From positions 2,306 to 66,305 of the forward strand of contig JANOAX010000170.1 of assembly GCA_031411335.1 (NCBI GenBank): DNA of 64,000 nucleotides. Direction: 5' to 3'. The notes below the pieces were generated by a model that was not told the origin of the DNA, ran no database searches, and worked only from the letters and a program-made list of their open reading frames with translations. A program made the position numbers and the translations under genes. This document shows, piece by piece, positions 1 to 10,314 of the stretch (its first letter is position 1; each line of letters starts with the position of its first letter). This DNA comes from Bacteroidota bacterium. Its GTDB lineage: Bacteria > Bacteroidota > Bacteroidia > AKYH767-A > OLB10.

Positions 1-568
1 TAATCACATTCCAAAAAGCAGTCATGTAATCTGGACGACGGTTTTGATAGTGGAGGTAATAAGCATGCTCCCAAACATCACATCCTAAGAGAGGCGTTCC
101 TTTCACTTCAGCGAGATCCATTAAAGGATTATCTTGATTTGGCGTAGAGCAAATCTCTAATTTTCCAGCACTGTTTTTGATTAACCAAGCCCATCCCGAA
201 CCGAAACGTGTAGCTCCGGCAGCATTAAACTTCGTTTTAAATTCATCGAAACTTCCAAAAGCTGCATTGATCGCATCGTTCAGTACTCCTGTCGGTAAGC
301 CACCACCGTTAGGCTTCATCACCGACCAAAACAAACTGTGGTTATAATGTCCACCGCCATTGTTGCGAACAGCCATTGGAAATTTAGAAATATTTTTGCA
401 TACTTCATCAATGCTCATCTTTTCTGCATCTGTGCCCGCAATGGCAGCATTGAGATTATTAACATAAGCTTGATGATGCTTACTATGATGAATCTCCATG
501 GTGCGCGCATCAATATGAGGTTCTAAAGCAGCATAATCGTAAGGAAGGGGGGAGAGTGTAAAAGACAT
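1..568 (-). CDS. sod: Fe/Mn-family superoxide dismutase (3' end / C-terminus cut by window edge)
   Basis: Reverse-strand translation starts [40 protein letters not shown] and ends [19 protein letters not shown] at the window edge. These are classic Fe/Mn-SOD signatures (HHxKHH; D-x-W-E-H-A-Y-Y seen as [10 protein letters not shown]). The start ATG is the reverse complement of positions 566-568. This ORF is absent from the ORF track because it is truncated. Confidence 0.85.
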   Translation of the reverse strand, partial: MSFTLSPLPYDYAALEPHIDARTMEIHHSKHHQAYVNNLNAAIAGTDAEKMSIDEVCKNISKFPMAVRNNGGGHYNHSLFWSVMKPNGGGLPTGVLNDAINAAFGSFDEFKTKFNAAGATRFGSGWAWLIKNSAGKLEICSTPNQDNPLMDLAEVKGTPLLGCDVWEHAYYLHYQNRRPDYMTAFWNVI

Positions 569-815
569 AATTTATATAGGTTTTATTTAATTAGAATAGC
601 AAAATTAAGCAGAAAGAGTTTACAAAAGGTCAAAAATATGGAGTAGATGGTTGAATCTCGCTATCTGACTGATTAATATTCAATCCAATTTCCGGATGTA
701 AACGCTTGTAGTCGACTAAAAACGGCTATTTTCAAGACCGATCCTAAAAAATAATTTTCCTTTGCTTTCATCGTATCGGGATTATTTCTAAATTTCAACC
801 ATCAAATCAAAACCC

Positions 816-2357
816 ATGATAAAACAACTATTCTCTATCGCCACTGTTCTCACTGTATTATTCAGTGCTTGTAACAAGCATGAAGAAACAAACCATGCTC
901 AACAAGAAGTCGTTCTCGTTGAGAAAGCAAATCCCGAAGCGATACCTCAAGGGTATTCCTTGGATAAATTAAAATTGGATCAAACCATTATTTCCAAACT
1001 AGAATCGAATAACGAATTTCATTGGGAAAACGTAGATATGAAAACACTTTGGAGTGCCGTCGTAGAGAGCGATCAAAGTGTGGCTATCGGCTATCAACCT
1101 GCCAATGCAGGCGATATCAGTACAAAAATTCATACGGTGAATGTGCAAACAGGAGCCTATAAAAAGGTTCATGATGAATTGAAGAAGTTGATTTTGGAGG
1201 AGCTAAATAAAACACCAGGCGTTTCAGTTCAATGGAATGATATTCTTATCGAAGATGATCCTATTCTTCCCATCTTAACACTACGACTTACAGATAAAAC
1301 CGTACTGACAAAACTTAGGAATTTGCAGAATGTACGTTATCTCGAGCCTATGGATTATTGGCCCAATGATTTGAATCGAGCAGGATCTGGTTGTGATGGC
1401 TCTACCTATGCATTGAATTCCATCGATTGGACAACAGTGACCCCTGGTGCTTTAGTACCATGGAATTTTAACAACCAAAATATACCATCTGCTTGGAATG
1501 TAAGTCAAGGCGAAGGAATTACCATCGGTGTGATAGATGCCGGATTGAGCACATCGCAATCGCTTTTAGGTTCACTGTTTAACAACGGAGATTCGAATGT
1601 TGGTAGATTAGTTTCTACAGATTATACGTTGGGTACAAGTGCCTATAATTCCTGCACGCACGGCACAAGCATGTGTGGATTGGCTGCAGGTCCAAGAAAT
1701 AATCAAAATGCAACTACGGGGGTGGCCTACAAAAGTGGGTTGCACTTTATTCGTGCGGCCAATGATGTGGTGTTAGATGCCTCTTCGGAGAAAACAGCAA
1801 CAAAGAATGCATTTATCAAAATGGGAAATCGTTCCGATGTGCGAATTATTTCCTTAAGCATGGGTACTCCATTCTCCAGTGGCGTGTTAAAAGACGGTGC
1901 TGACTATGCAAACAATTTAGGTAAAACCATTTTTGCTGCAGCCGGAACTTCTTTTGGTTGGACCAGTTGGTGGGGAGTAATTTATCCTGCTGCCTACAGT
2001 GCTTGCATTGCCGTTACCGGGGTGAAGGAAAATGGAAGTAAGTGCGCTTCTTGTCATGATGGAAGTGCAATTATGTATACTATCACCATGGAAAGAAGCG
2101 CGAACGACAATCGCAATTCTTTAAGTCTTGCCGCATCTGGAAGTACACCCACTTATATTGGTGGAAGCTCTTGCGCAACTGCAACAGCGGCTGGAATTGC
2201 AGCATTGGTATTAAGTACAAAGCCAAACATGAGCAAAACGCAATTGATGACTTGCTTAACTAATACTGCACAATTTTATCCTGCTAAAAACAGCACCAAA
2301 GGCTATGGCAATCTGAATGCATCAGCCGCAGTGAATTATGCCATTGCGAATTATTAA
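816..2357 (+). CDS. Subtilisin-like (peptidase S8-family-like) lipoprotein
   Basis: N-terminus is a signal peptide with a lipobox-like LFSAC. Motifs in subtilase order are GVIDAGL (Asp), CTHGTSMCGLAAG (His) and GSSCATATAAGIAALVLS (Ser, compare GTSMAxPHVAGxAAL). The AAAGTS segment aligns to the oxyanion AAAGN region with N replaced by T. Confidence 0.5.
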   Translation: MIKQLFSIATVLTVLFSACNKHEETNHAQQEVVLVEKANPEAIPQGYSLDKLKLDQTIISKLESNNEFHWENVDMKTLWSAVVESDQSVAIGYQPANAGDISTKIHTVNVQTGAYKKVHDELKKLILEELNKTPGVSVQWNDILIEDDPILPILTLRLTDKTVLTKLRNLQNVRYLEPMDYWPNDLNRAGSGCDGSTYALNSIDWTTVTPGALVPWNFNNQNIPSAWNVSQGEGITIGVIDAGLSTSQSLLGSLFNNGDSNVGRLVSTDYTLGTSAYNSCTHGTSMCGLAAGPRNNQNATTGVAYKSGLHFIRAANDVVLDASSEKTATKNAFIKMGNRSDVRIISLSMGTPFSSGVLKDGADYANNLGKTIFAAAGTSFGWTSWWGVIYPAAYSACIAVTGVKENGSKCASCHDGSAIMYTITMERSANDNRNSLSLAASGSTPTYIGGSSCATATAAGIAALVLSTKPNMSKTQLMTCLTNTAQFYPAKNSTKGYGNLNASAAVNYAIANY

Positions 2358-2398
2358 ATTCATCTAGAGTAAAGATAATTTATAAATAGTTTTAATAA

Positions 2399-2857
2399 AT
2401 GTTAGAAGGTGTATTCATTCGAGAATTTAATCAAGAAGATAAAAACAATGTTCTTGAATTATTCCGACTGAATACACCTACTTTTTTTTCACCCGATGAA
2501 GAGGAAGATTTAATTTTTTATTTAGATCATGAAATCGAGAAATACTTTGTGGTGCAATTGCATGAAAAGTTAGTGGGATGTGGTGGAATAAATTTTAAAG
2601 AGAACGGTGCGATCGGATTGTTAAGTTGGGATTTTTTACATCCTCAATATCAACGCATGGGCATTGGAACAACATTATTGAATCATCGAGTTAACATTTT
2701 AAAGTCGATTCCGACCGTAAAGAAAATAAAAGTTCGTACTTCACAACATGCCTATACTTTTTATGAAAAAGAGGGATTTGTACTCGAGGAAAAAATAAAA
2801 GATTATTGGGCTGATGGGTTTGATCTTTATTCGATGGAATTAAAATCCAAAGAATAA
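2399..2857 (+). CDS. GNAT family N-acetyltransferase
   Basis: 152 aa. The acetyl-CoA binding motif QRMGIGTTLL (Q/R-x-x-G-x-G/A) sits in a typical GNAT-length protein. Confidence 0.7.
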   Translation: MLEGVFIREFNQEDKNNVLELFRLNTPTFFSPDEEEDLIFYLDHEIEKYFVVQLHEKLVGCGGINFKENGAIGLLSWDFLHPQYQRMGIGTTLLNHRVNILKSIPTVKKIKVRTSQHAYTFYEKEGFVLEEKIKDYWADGFDLYSMELKSKE

Positions 2858-2859
2858 AA

Positions 2860-3963
2860 TTAACGACTTTCTAAAACTTTTTTAAAAACAGCTTCATACT
2901 GATCTGTAATTTTTTGCCAATTATATTCTCTTTTAATTTTCTCCAGTTGGGTGTGGAGGTACAATGTTCTAGTGGATTCTAACTTGGCTTTGTTTTCCCA
3001 AAGAGCGGCTATTGCCTCTGGCGAATTAAAATACCATGCTTGATCACCCAACACATTTCGATTAAATAAATTGTCATGTGAAATGATATAGGCACTAGAT
3101 GCCATGGCTTCTAACAAAGACGGATTCGTTCCGCCCACTGAATGTCCGTGAAAATAATATCTGCCAAAAAAACGTAGATTATTTAAATGATCTTGATTGT
3201 AGATACCACCCATGAATCGAATATGACCGCTTGATTTATATTTCGCTTTCAAGTATTCACCGTAAGAGGTTTGATGTTTTCCAATCACCAGAAAAGGCGT
3301 TTTCTCTCCCGATTGCACAATCCCATCCAAAATAATTTCAATGTTGTTTTCTTTTTCTAATCGAGCTATCAATAAATCATATTGTTTAGCTTCTATTCCA
3401 TATGAACTTAAAATAGTTTCATTGGGTGAATTGAAAATTTCAGCTCCATACGCAATAAAAGTAGAATCGAGTTGATATTCACGCTGTAAATAATTTTTGA
3501 TTTCACCATTGTCGCTAATCAAGTGATCACTATAACGAGCACCCAATGACTCAAACCATTTAGCTAGTTTTTTTACCAAGTCATTCCATTTGTCGCGCTT
3601 CCATTCTAGCCCATCCATATTGGTGACTAATATACTTTTTCGTTTTCGTAAGAATGGAAAAAATACAGAAGCAGTAGTATATCCCAACACCAACAAAATA
3701 TCACACTCCGCTTTTATCGCATGACGCATGCATTTGTAATCGTAAATAAAATTACCAACAGTTCCAATTTTCTTTTCAGGATTCCATTGCTTGATAATTT
3801 TTACGCCATGAAATTCATCTTTATCATACTCATGGTAATCGGGACTATATACACTTACCTCGTGTCCTGCTTTTACAAGTAACACCGCTAAATTTTCCGC
3901 GCATTGCTCAAACCCTCCGTAATTATTCGGAATTCCTCTAGTACCCGTAATCGCAATACGCAT
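2860..3963 (-). CDS. Glycosyltransferase (GT-B fold, family 4-like)
   Basis: N-terminus MRIAITGTRGIPNNYGGFEQCAENLA is typical of GT4/DUF1972-type sugar transferases. A C-terminal GT1-type Rossmann region follows (HGHSVGGTNPSLLEAMAS). The stop lies 2 bp from the stop of the convergent GNAT gene. Confidence 0.6.
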   Translation of the reverse strand: MRIAITGTRGIPNNYGGFEQCAENLAVLLVKAGHEVSVYSPDYHEYDKDEFHGVKIIKQWNPEKKIGTVGNFIYDYKCMRHAIKAECDILLVLGYTTASVFFPFLRKRKSILVTNMDGLEWKRDKWNDLVKKLAKWFESLGARYSDHLISDNGEIKNYLQREYQLDSTFIAYGAEIFNSPNETILSSYGIEAKQYDLLIARLEKENNIEIILDGIVQSGEKTPFLVIGKHQTSYGEYLKAKYKSSGHIRFMGGIYNQDHLNNLRFFGRYYFHGHSVGGTNPSLLEAMASSAYIISHDNLFNRNVLGDQAWYFNSPEAIAALWENKAKLESTRTLYLHTQLEKIKREYNWQKITDQYEAVFKKVLESR

Positions 3964-4122
3964 TGATTATTCTAAATTATTTTATTTAACATTTACTCTG
4001 AAGAACTTTGGAATCGATTCATAACAATCTTCAGGATTTAAGCTTTAATTCTAATCACTACTTCAATTGATATATTCAAATTGCAAGTTTTAAAGTTTTG
4101 CGACCACCAATTTGCCATTTAC

Positions 4123-4170
4123 CAACTCACCAATTCACCAATTCACCAATTCACCAATTCACCAATTCAC
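4123..4170. repeat. Octamer microsatellite (CAATTCAC)x5 plus one degenerate copy
   Basis: Direct read: caactcac caattcac caattcac caattcac caattcac caattcac. It lies immediately 3' of the thiL stop and generates the spurious ORF 4098..4334. Confidence 0.8.
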
Positions 4171-5213
4171 GAACCTCTAAACGCATCCCACCCTTGCGCC
4201 TTCAACTCATGCACATTTTGCTGACGATCAATAAAACGATATCCTGCTTCGGGTGCCGTCATATGTCCTATGATACTAATTTCTGCTCTGTCTTTTATTT
4301 TTTCATACTCTGCAAGAGAAAGCGTAAAGAGTAATTCATAATCTTCACCACCATTTAAAGCAGCAACCGTTGGATCCAATCCTAATTCTCTTCCCAACTC
4401 TGAAGTTAAATGATCAATCGGAATTTTTTCTTCATAGATCTGACAACCTGTTTTGGATTGTGTGCATAGATGCATCAACTCTGAAGCAAGTCCATCCGAA
4501 ATATCAATCATACTGCTTGGTTTTATAAACCAAGTTTCGAAACGTTGAATGATATCTAATCGCGCTTCAGGTTTTAATTGTCGCTCTAACAAATAATCGT
4601 ATCCTTTTAATTCGGGTTGAGCAACTGGGTTTTCTAAAAATATTTTTTTCTCGCGATTCAATAATTGTAATCCCATATAGGCAGCACCTAAATCGCCGGT
4701 CACACAAATTAAATCATTTTCCTTAGCTCCGTCTCTGTAAATTAATGCTTCGTTTTTCGCATGCCCAATGGCAGTAATGCTAATGACTAGTCCACTTTTT
4801 GATGAGCAAGTATCGCCCCCCACTAAATCAACTCCATATCTTTCACAGGCTAACTTAATTCCTAACATCAACTCTTCTACTGCTTCTAATGAAAAGCGAT
4901 TTGATAATGCCAAGCCGCAAACAATTTGGGTTGGGATAGCATTCATCGCACAGATATCACTGATGTTAACCACTACCGCTTTGTATCCCAAATGTTTTAA
5001 TGGCGAATAGGTTAAATCAAAGTGAACTCCTTCCAAAAGCATGTCAGTTGTGACCACCGTTCTTTCATGTCCATTGTCAATCACAGCGGCATCATCTCCA
5101 ATTCCTTTTAAACTTCCAGGATTTTGAAGTGTAATGCTTTGTTTTATATGATTAATGAGCCCGAATTCACCCAAAGTCTCTAACTCAGTTCTGTTGTCTT
5201 TATTCTCAAACAT
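4167..5213 (-). CDS. thiL: Thiamine-monophosphate kinase
   Basis: PurM/AIR-synthase-related fold with the ThiL N-terminal signature ...LGEFGLINHI...IGDDAAVI... An alternative upstream start at 5240 adds 9 aa. Confidence 0.8.
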   Translation of the reverse strand: MFENKDNRTELETLGEFGLINHIKQSITLQNPGSLKGIGDDAAVIDNGHERTVVTTDMLLEGVHFDLTYSPLKHLGYKAVVVNISDICAMNAIPTQIVCGLALSNRFSLEAVEELMLGIKLACERYGVDLVGGDTCSSKSGLVISITAIGHAKNEALIYRDGAKENDLICVTGDLGAAYMGLQLLNREKKIFLENPVAQPELKGYDYLLERQLKPEARLDIIQRFETWFIKPSSMIDISDGLASELMHLCTQSKTGCQIYEEKIPIDHLTSELGRELGLDPTVAALNGGEDYELLFTLSLAEYEKIKDRAEISIIGHMTAPEAGYRFIDRQQNVHELKAQGWDAFRGS

Positions 5214-5393
5214 GGTGCAAAGATAGTTTCTATAAATCATCTTCCACGAATAAGATACCGCTGTTTATTCGAAATGCTAATGCAGATGGATTGACATGGA
5301 ATAAGTGTTTTTTTTCTAGATGTGAATAATAATAAATTGTTAAATCGACTCTTTCTTAACATTTATTTTACTTTAGCACTTCAATTAGATATT

Positions 5394-6038
5394 ATGTCAT
5401 CATTTGGATTCTTAAAGTATTTCGTCCCTCAGGATCGAAAATTCTTCCCCCTTTTTGATAAGGCGGTTACTAATTTGCATGAGTGCGGACAAGCTATTTA
5501 TCAGCTTGTTATATGTGAAAAGTCGGAACGACCACGCTGGTTTAGAAAGATTGAACAACTGGAGCATATTGGCGATGAAATCACCCATGAGATCTTTTTG
5601 GAGTTAGGAAGAAATTTCATCACGCCTTTTGATAGAGAAGATATTCATCGTTTAGTGACCTCGTTTGATGATGTAGTGGATTTTATCCATGGTTCTGCCA
5701 AGCGTATGGAACTCTATAAAATTGAAGAATACGATAGCGACATGATTAAACTATCTGAATTGATTCAACAAAGCACGCAGGAATTGAAATCGGCGGTGTT
5801 GGAATTGAAGAATATGGATCGGATGCGTGATATCACTGCTTCTCTTGTTCGAATCAATAGCATCGAGAATCATGCGGATGATATTTTTGATCATGCCGTA
5901 GCCGGACTTTTTGCGAATGAAAAAGACGCGATAAAAATTATTATGAAGAAAGAAATTTTACATGGTCTCGAAACCGCTACAGATAAGTGCGAAGATGCAG
6001 CCAATGTAATTGAATCCATCATCATTAAGATGGCATAA
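5394..6038 (+). CDS. DUF47 / PhoU-like phosphate transport accessory protein
   Basis: MSSFGFLKYFVPQDRKFFPLFDKA... is the typical DUF47 (TIGR00153) N-terminus. The gene lies directly upstream of a PiT-family transporter, the standard pairing. The track ORF starts earlier at 5322; the internal ATG at 5394 is preferred. Confidence 0.7.
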   Translation: MSSFGFLKYFVPQDRKFFPLFDKAVTNLHECGQAIYQLVICEKSERPRWFRKIEQLEHIGDEITHEIFLELGRNFITPFDREDIHRLVTSFDDVVDFIHGSAKRMELYKIEEYDSDMIKLSELIQQSTQELKSAVLELKNMDRMRDITASLVRINSIENHADDIFDHAVAGLFANEKDAIKIIMKKEILHGLETATDKCEDAANVIESIIIKMA

Positions 6039-6046
6039 TCAGGCGT

Positions 6047-7036
6047 ATGGAGAACATGCTCATTATTGTCATTGTCATGGCGTTGATATTCGATTTTATC
6101 AATGGATTTCATGATGCTGCGAACTCAATCGCCACTGTAGTTTCTACGCAAGTATTAAGTCCAGCCGCTGCAGTAGTGTGGGCTGCGATGTTTAATTTTT
6201 TGGCGTATTGGATTTTTGAGTTAAAAGTTGCTGATACTGTTGCCAAAACAGTTCGACCAGAAAACATAACGCTCATCGTTGTGATGGCAGGATTGCTTGC
6301 TTCCATCTTTTGGAATTTATTGACGTGGTGGTATGGAATTCCTTCCAGTTCATCGCATACACTGATTGGCGGATTTGCAGGAGCAGGTATCGCACATGCA
6401 GGTGGATTCGATGCTGTGCAGTATGATAAAATAATGCCTACCGTTTATTTTATTGTGCTGGCTCCAGTATTAGGAATGATTATGTCTTATTTTATTTCTG
6501 TAATCACGTTACATGTTGCAAAAAATTCAAACCCATCTAAAGTAGATCGTATATTTCGTCGACTTCAATTGGTTTCTTCTGCAGCTTATTCATTGGGACA
6601 CGGCGGAAATGATGCACAAAAGGTGATGGGAATTATAGCTGCTGCCATGATCAGTCAACATGTGATTTCCGATATGCATGAATTACCAGGATGGGTTCCA
6701 TTGGCATGCTATACAGCCATTGCTGCTGGTACGATGATCGGAGGATGGAAAATCGTAAAAACCATGGGGCAAAAAGTAACGAAGCTTACTCCCTTCGAAG
6801 GTTTTTCTGCAGAAACAGCAGGCGCAATTACCCTCTTTGGAGCACAACATTTTAAAATTCCAGTAAGCACTACACATACTATTACAGGATCAATTGTCGG
6901 AGTCGGACTCACCAAAAGGATTTCCGCAGTACGCTGGGGAGTAACACTTCAACTCGTTTGGGCATGGGTTCTTACTATTCCTATTTCCGCCGCTTTAGCC
7001 GGATTGTTCCTCTATATTTTGGAAGCGGTATTGTAG
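6047..7036 (+). CDS. pit: Inorganic phosphate transporter, PiT (PHO4) family
   Basis: FDFINGFHDAANSIATVVST near the N-terminus and a second GNDAQKVMGII repeat are the duplicated PiT signature (GxxDAAN / GxNDAQK). The protein is polytopic. Confidence 0.8.
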   Translation: MENMLIIVIVMALIFDFINGFHDAANSIATVVSTQVLSPAAAVVWAAMFNFLAYWIFELKVADTVAKTVRPENITLIVVMAGLLASIFWNLLTWWYGIPSSSSHTLIGGFAGAGIAHAGGFDAVQYDKIMPTVYFIVLAPVLGMIMSYFISVITLHVAKNSNPSKVDRIFRRLQLVSSAAYSLGHGGNDAQKVMGIIAAAMISQHVISDMHELPGWVPLACYTAIAAGTMIGGWKIVKTMGQKVTKLTPFEGFSAETAGAITLFGAQHFKIPVSTTHTITGSIVGVGLTKRISAVRWGVTLQLVWAWVLTIPISAALAGLFLYILEAVL

Positions 7037-7187
7037 GAATTAATTTTTTTCGCAATGAATGATTGGTAAATGATAATTTTAGTCCGAATTAGATTTTCAG
7101 ACAGCTTCAAGCTTCAAGCTTCTAGCTTCAAGGTCTTGTTGGTGTATAGTATTTGTAACATAGATAGATTTTTTTAACACAAAAGGC

Positions 7188-7541
7188 ACTAGAGGACACA
7201 ATAGATCACAAGAGATTAAACTTTAGTGTACTTAGTGATCTCCAGTGTCTCAAGTGCCTGCCTGCTGCAGGCAGGTTGAAAAGAGCGCTTCTGCACGTAA
7301 TTATTTTCAAATTGAAAAAATCTAACAGCCAGCAGCTTGCAGTGAAAAATCTAGCAGCTTTTAGCACAAAAGGCACTAGAGGACAAAATAGATCACAAGA
7401 GATTAAACTTTAGTGTACTTAGTGATCTCTAGTGTCTTTAGTGCCTGCCTGCTGCAGGTAGGTTGGAAAGGTCGCTTCTGAACGAAATTATTTTCAAGTT
7501 GAAAAATCTAGTAGCTAGTAGCCAGAAGCCAGCAGCTAACA
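7188..7541. repeat. Tandem direct repeat, 2 copies of ~177 bp, each with a 19-nt palindrome
   Basis: Unit 1 (7188-7364) and unit 2 (7365-7541) share >85% identity (cacaaaaggcactagaggacaCaatagatcacaagagattaaactttagtgtacttagtgatct...). Each carries CCTGCCTGC-T-GCAGGCAGG (7257-7275; one mismatch at 7444-7462) and an imperfect long inverted repeat cactagaggacac...gtgtctcaagtg. Confidence 0.85.
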
Positions 7542-7654
7542 TAAAATGCTGATAAACAATAGGAAAGAAGCATTCCTGACCTAGAAAACATTTCCACCTT
7601 AGAATTGTTCTAAATAAGCGATTTCGCCGTACCTTTGCACTAATAGAAAAAACT

Positions 7655-7981
7655 ATGATTACAGTCACAGAAAAAGCTAAAGAAAGAGCCCTTGAATTAA
7701 TGGCAAAAGAAAGTCATCCTACTGAATCTTTTATTCGCGTAGGTGTTGCAGGTGGAGGTTGCTCCGGACTCAGTTATAGCCTTGAGTTCGATCATGAACT
7801 GAAAGCCGATGATAAACAGTTTGAAGATAAAGGCGTGAAGATCGTTTGTGATAAGAAGAGTTTTCTCTATCTCGTAGGCACTCAACTCGATTTCAGCGAT
7901 GGTCTCAACGGAAAGGGTTTTCAATTTATTAATCCAAACGCATCCCGTACTTGCGGATGTGGTGAATCATTTGCCGTTTAA
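7655..7981 (+). CDS. sufA: Fe-S cluster insertion A-type carrier (SufA/IscA/ErpA family)
   Basis: [21 protein letters not shown] ... CGCGESFAV gives the three conserved Cys of A-type carriers. It is the first gene of the suf operon. Confidence 0.75.
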   Translation: MITVTEKAKERALELMAKESHPTESFIRVGVAGGGCSGLSYSLEFDHELKADDKQFEDKGVKIVCDKKSFLYLVGTQLDFSDGLNGKGFQFINPNASRTCGCGESFAV

Positions 7982-8044
7982 AAGTAGAGTTCAATTTAAT
8001 CTCGTATCCTCACAACCATCAGCGATCTCCCCTAAAGAAAGATT

Positions 8045-9490
8045 ATGTCAGAAGACTTAAAAATATTAGACGAAGTAACCAACTCCGAGTACAAATACGG
8101 TTTTGTGAGTAATATCGAAAGTGATAATGCACCGAAAGGGTTGGATGAGTCTACGGTTCGATTTATTTCTGCAAAGAAGAATGAACCCGAGTGGTTGTTG
8201 GAGTGGCGCCTGAAATCATTTCGTCATTGGTTAACGTTGGACGAACCCACATGGGCAAATGTGCATTATCCAAAAATTGATTTTCAAGATATTATTTATT
8301 ATTCTGCACCGAAGAAGAAACCATCCTTGAATAGTTTGGATGAACTCGATCCAGAAATTAAAGCAACATTCGATAAATTAGGAATTTCGCTCATCGAGCA
8401 ACAACGATTAGCCGGTGTGGCAGTAGATGCTGTTATCGATAGCGTTTCTGTGAAAACAACATTTCGTGAAACGTTAGGCGAACTTGGAATTATTTTTTGT
8501 TCATTCAGTGAAGCCGTACACGATCATCCCGATTTGATAAAAAAATATTTAGGATCTGTTGTTCCTCATACCGATAATTATTACGCAGCGTTGAATAGCG
8601 CTGTGTTTAGCGATGGATCGTTTTGCTATATTCCAAAAGGTGTACGTTGTCCGATGGAGTTGAGTACGTATTTCCGTATCAATAGCGCCGGCACCGGACA
8701 ATTTGAACGTACACTGATTATTGCGGAAGAAGGTTCATTCGTGAGCTACCTCGAAGGGTGTACCGCTCCCATGCGCGACGAGAATCAATTGCATGCTGCC
8801 ATTGTTGAAATTATTTCGCATACGGATGCAACTGTGAAATACAGCACTGTGCAGAATTGGTACCCTGGTGATAAAAATGGAAAAGGGGGCATTTATAATT
8901 TCGTGACAAAGCGCGGAATTTGTATGGGCGATCGCGCAAAAATTTCCTGGACACAAGTGGAAACAGGTTCAGCCATCACTTGGAAATATCCAAGCGTAAT
9001 TTTGAAAGGAGATTATTCAGTGGGTGAATTTTATTCGGTTGCTGTCACAAATAATATGCAGCAAGCAGATACCGGAACGAAGATGATTCATCTCGGTAAG
9101 AAAACGAAAAGTATCATTATCTCAAAAGGAATTTCTTGTGGGAAGAGTCAAAATTCGTACCGTGGATTGGTTCGTATCGGAAAGAAAGCTGAGCACGCTC
9201 GTAATTTTTCACAGTGCGATTCTTTACTCATCGGCGATAAATGTGGAGCGCATACGTTCCCTTATATTGAAGTGGGAAATAAAACCGCGAAAGTGGAACA
9301 CGAAGCCACCACAAGTAAAGTGGGAGAAGATCAAATCTTTTATTGCAACCAGCGCGGAATTTCTACTGAAGATGCAGTGAACTTAATCGTGAATGGTTAT
9401 TGCAAGGAAGTTTTTAATCAATTGCCGATGGAATTTGCAGTGGAAGCTCAGAAATTATTAGCTATTTCTCTCGAAGGCTCGGTGGGTTAA
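8045..9490 (+). CDS. sufB: Fe-S cluster assembly protein SufB
   Basis: 481 aa with SufB/SufD barrel-domain sequence throughout, adjacent to sufC. Confidence 0.9.
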   Translation: MSEDLKILDEVTNSEYKYGFVSNIESDNAPKGLDESTVRFISAKKNEPEWLLEWRLKSFRHWLTLDEPTWANVHYPKIDFQDIIYYSAPKKKPSLNSLDELDPEIKATFDKLGISLIEQQRLAGVAVDAVIDSVSVKTTFRETLGELGIIFCSFSEAVHDHPDLIKKYLGSVVPHTDNYYAALNSAVFSDGSFCYIPKGVRCPMELSTYFRINSAGTGQFERTLIIAEEGSFVSYLEGCTAPMRDENQLHAAIVEIISHTDATVKYSTVQNWYPGDKNGKGGIYNFVTKRGICMGDRAKISWTQVETGSAITWKYPSVILKGDYSVGEFYSVAVTNNMQQADTGTKMIHLGKKTKSIIISKGISCGKSQNSYRGLVRIGKKAEHARNFSQCDSLLIGDKCGAHTFPYIEVGNKTAKVEHEATTSKVGEDQIFYCNQRGISTEDAVNLIVNGYCKEVFNQLPMEFAVEAQKLLAISLEGSVG

Positions 9491-9543
9491 GGTAGATGGA
9501 CGTATCTGCAAAAAATAAAATTTAGAAATAAGAAAAATAAAAT

Positions 9544-10308
9544 TTGAATATGTTATCGATTAAAGATCTTAAGGCTTCAGTGGAAGGAAAACAAATCCTC
9601 AACGGATTGAATTTGGAAGTGAAGCCCGGTGAAGTGCATGCCATCATGGGGCCGAATGGCTCAGGTAAAAGTACCTTGGCTTCAGTGTTAGCCGGACGCG
9701 AAGAGTATGAAGTGGAAGGTGGGGCTGTAAATTTTTTAGGAAAGGATTTGTTGGACATGTCGCCAGAAGATCGTGCTCGTGCTGGAATGTTTTTAGCATT
9801 TCAATATCCAGTGGAAATTCCCGGCGTGAGTAACGCTAACTTTTTGAAAACCGCAGTGAACGAAGTGCGTAAGTCACGCAGCTTAGCTCCTTATGATTCG
9901 AAAGAATTTTTAAAAATAATGAAAGAAAAAATGGCGTTAGTGGAAATGGATAAAGCCATGACACAACGTTCGGTGAATGAAGGATTCAGTGGAGGAGAAA
10001 AGAAACGTAACGAAATTTTTCAAATGGCGATGTTGGAACCTACCTTGGCCATTTTAGATGAAACAGATTCTGGATTAGATATCGATGCATTGCGCATTGT
10101 CTCAAATGGTGTGAATGCGTTGCGTGATGGCAATCGTTCGTTTATCGTGATTACACATTACCAACGTTTGTTGGATTATATCGTTCCAGATTTTGTGCAC
10201 GTCTTGTACAAAGGGCGTATCGTGAAGTCGGGAACAAAAGACTTGGCACTCGAGTTGGAAGAGAAAGGATATGATTGGATTAAAGAAGAAGTAGCTGTAG
10301 GCGCTTAA
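9544..10308 (+). CDS. sufC: Fe-S cluster assembly ATPase SufC
   Basis: Walker [13 protein letters not shown] signature FSGGEKKR and Walker [11 protein letters not shown] in a 254-aa protein. Confidence 0.9.
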   Translation: MNMLSIKDLKASVEGKQILNGLNLEVKPGEVHAIMGPNGSGKSTLASVLAGREEYEVEGGAVNFLGKDLLDMSPEDRARAGMFLAFQYPVEIPGVSNANFLKTAVNEVRKSRSLAPYDSKEFLKIMKEKMALVEMDKAMTQRSVNEGFSGGEKKRNEIFQMAMLEPTLAILDETDSGLDIDALRIVSNGVNALRDGNRSFIVITHYQRLLDYIVPDFVHVLYKGRIVKSGTKDLALELEEKGYDWIKEEVAVGA

Positions 10309-10314
10309 AAATTT

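Noticed and set aside
338-526. ORF of 62 aa on the + strand
   Set aside because: It lies entirely antisense to the well-supported superoxide dismutase gene on the - strand.
4098-4334. ORF of 78 aa (MRPPICHLPTHQFTNSPIHQFTNS...)
   Set aside because: It is a translation of the (CAATTCAC)n microsatellite and of the antisense of the thiL 3' end. The composition is low-complexity and there is no plausible start context.
5241-5393. Possible TPP riboswitch upstream of thiL
   Set aside because: thiL is transcribed away from this region on the minus strand, and no CTGAGA / ACCTGATCTGGATAATGCCAGCG-like TPP aptamer motifs are visible on either strand.
7037-7654. Searched long intergenic regions (7037-7654, 26600-26905, 30719-31023, 38289-39189) for tRNA, tmRNA or rRNA genes
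   Set aside because: No cloverleaf-compatible sequence was found: no GTTC-like T-arm with matching acceptor stems, and no rRNA-like conserved blocks. None called.
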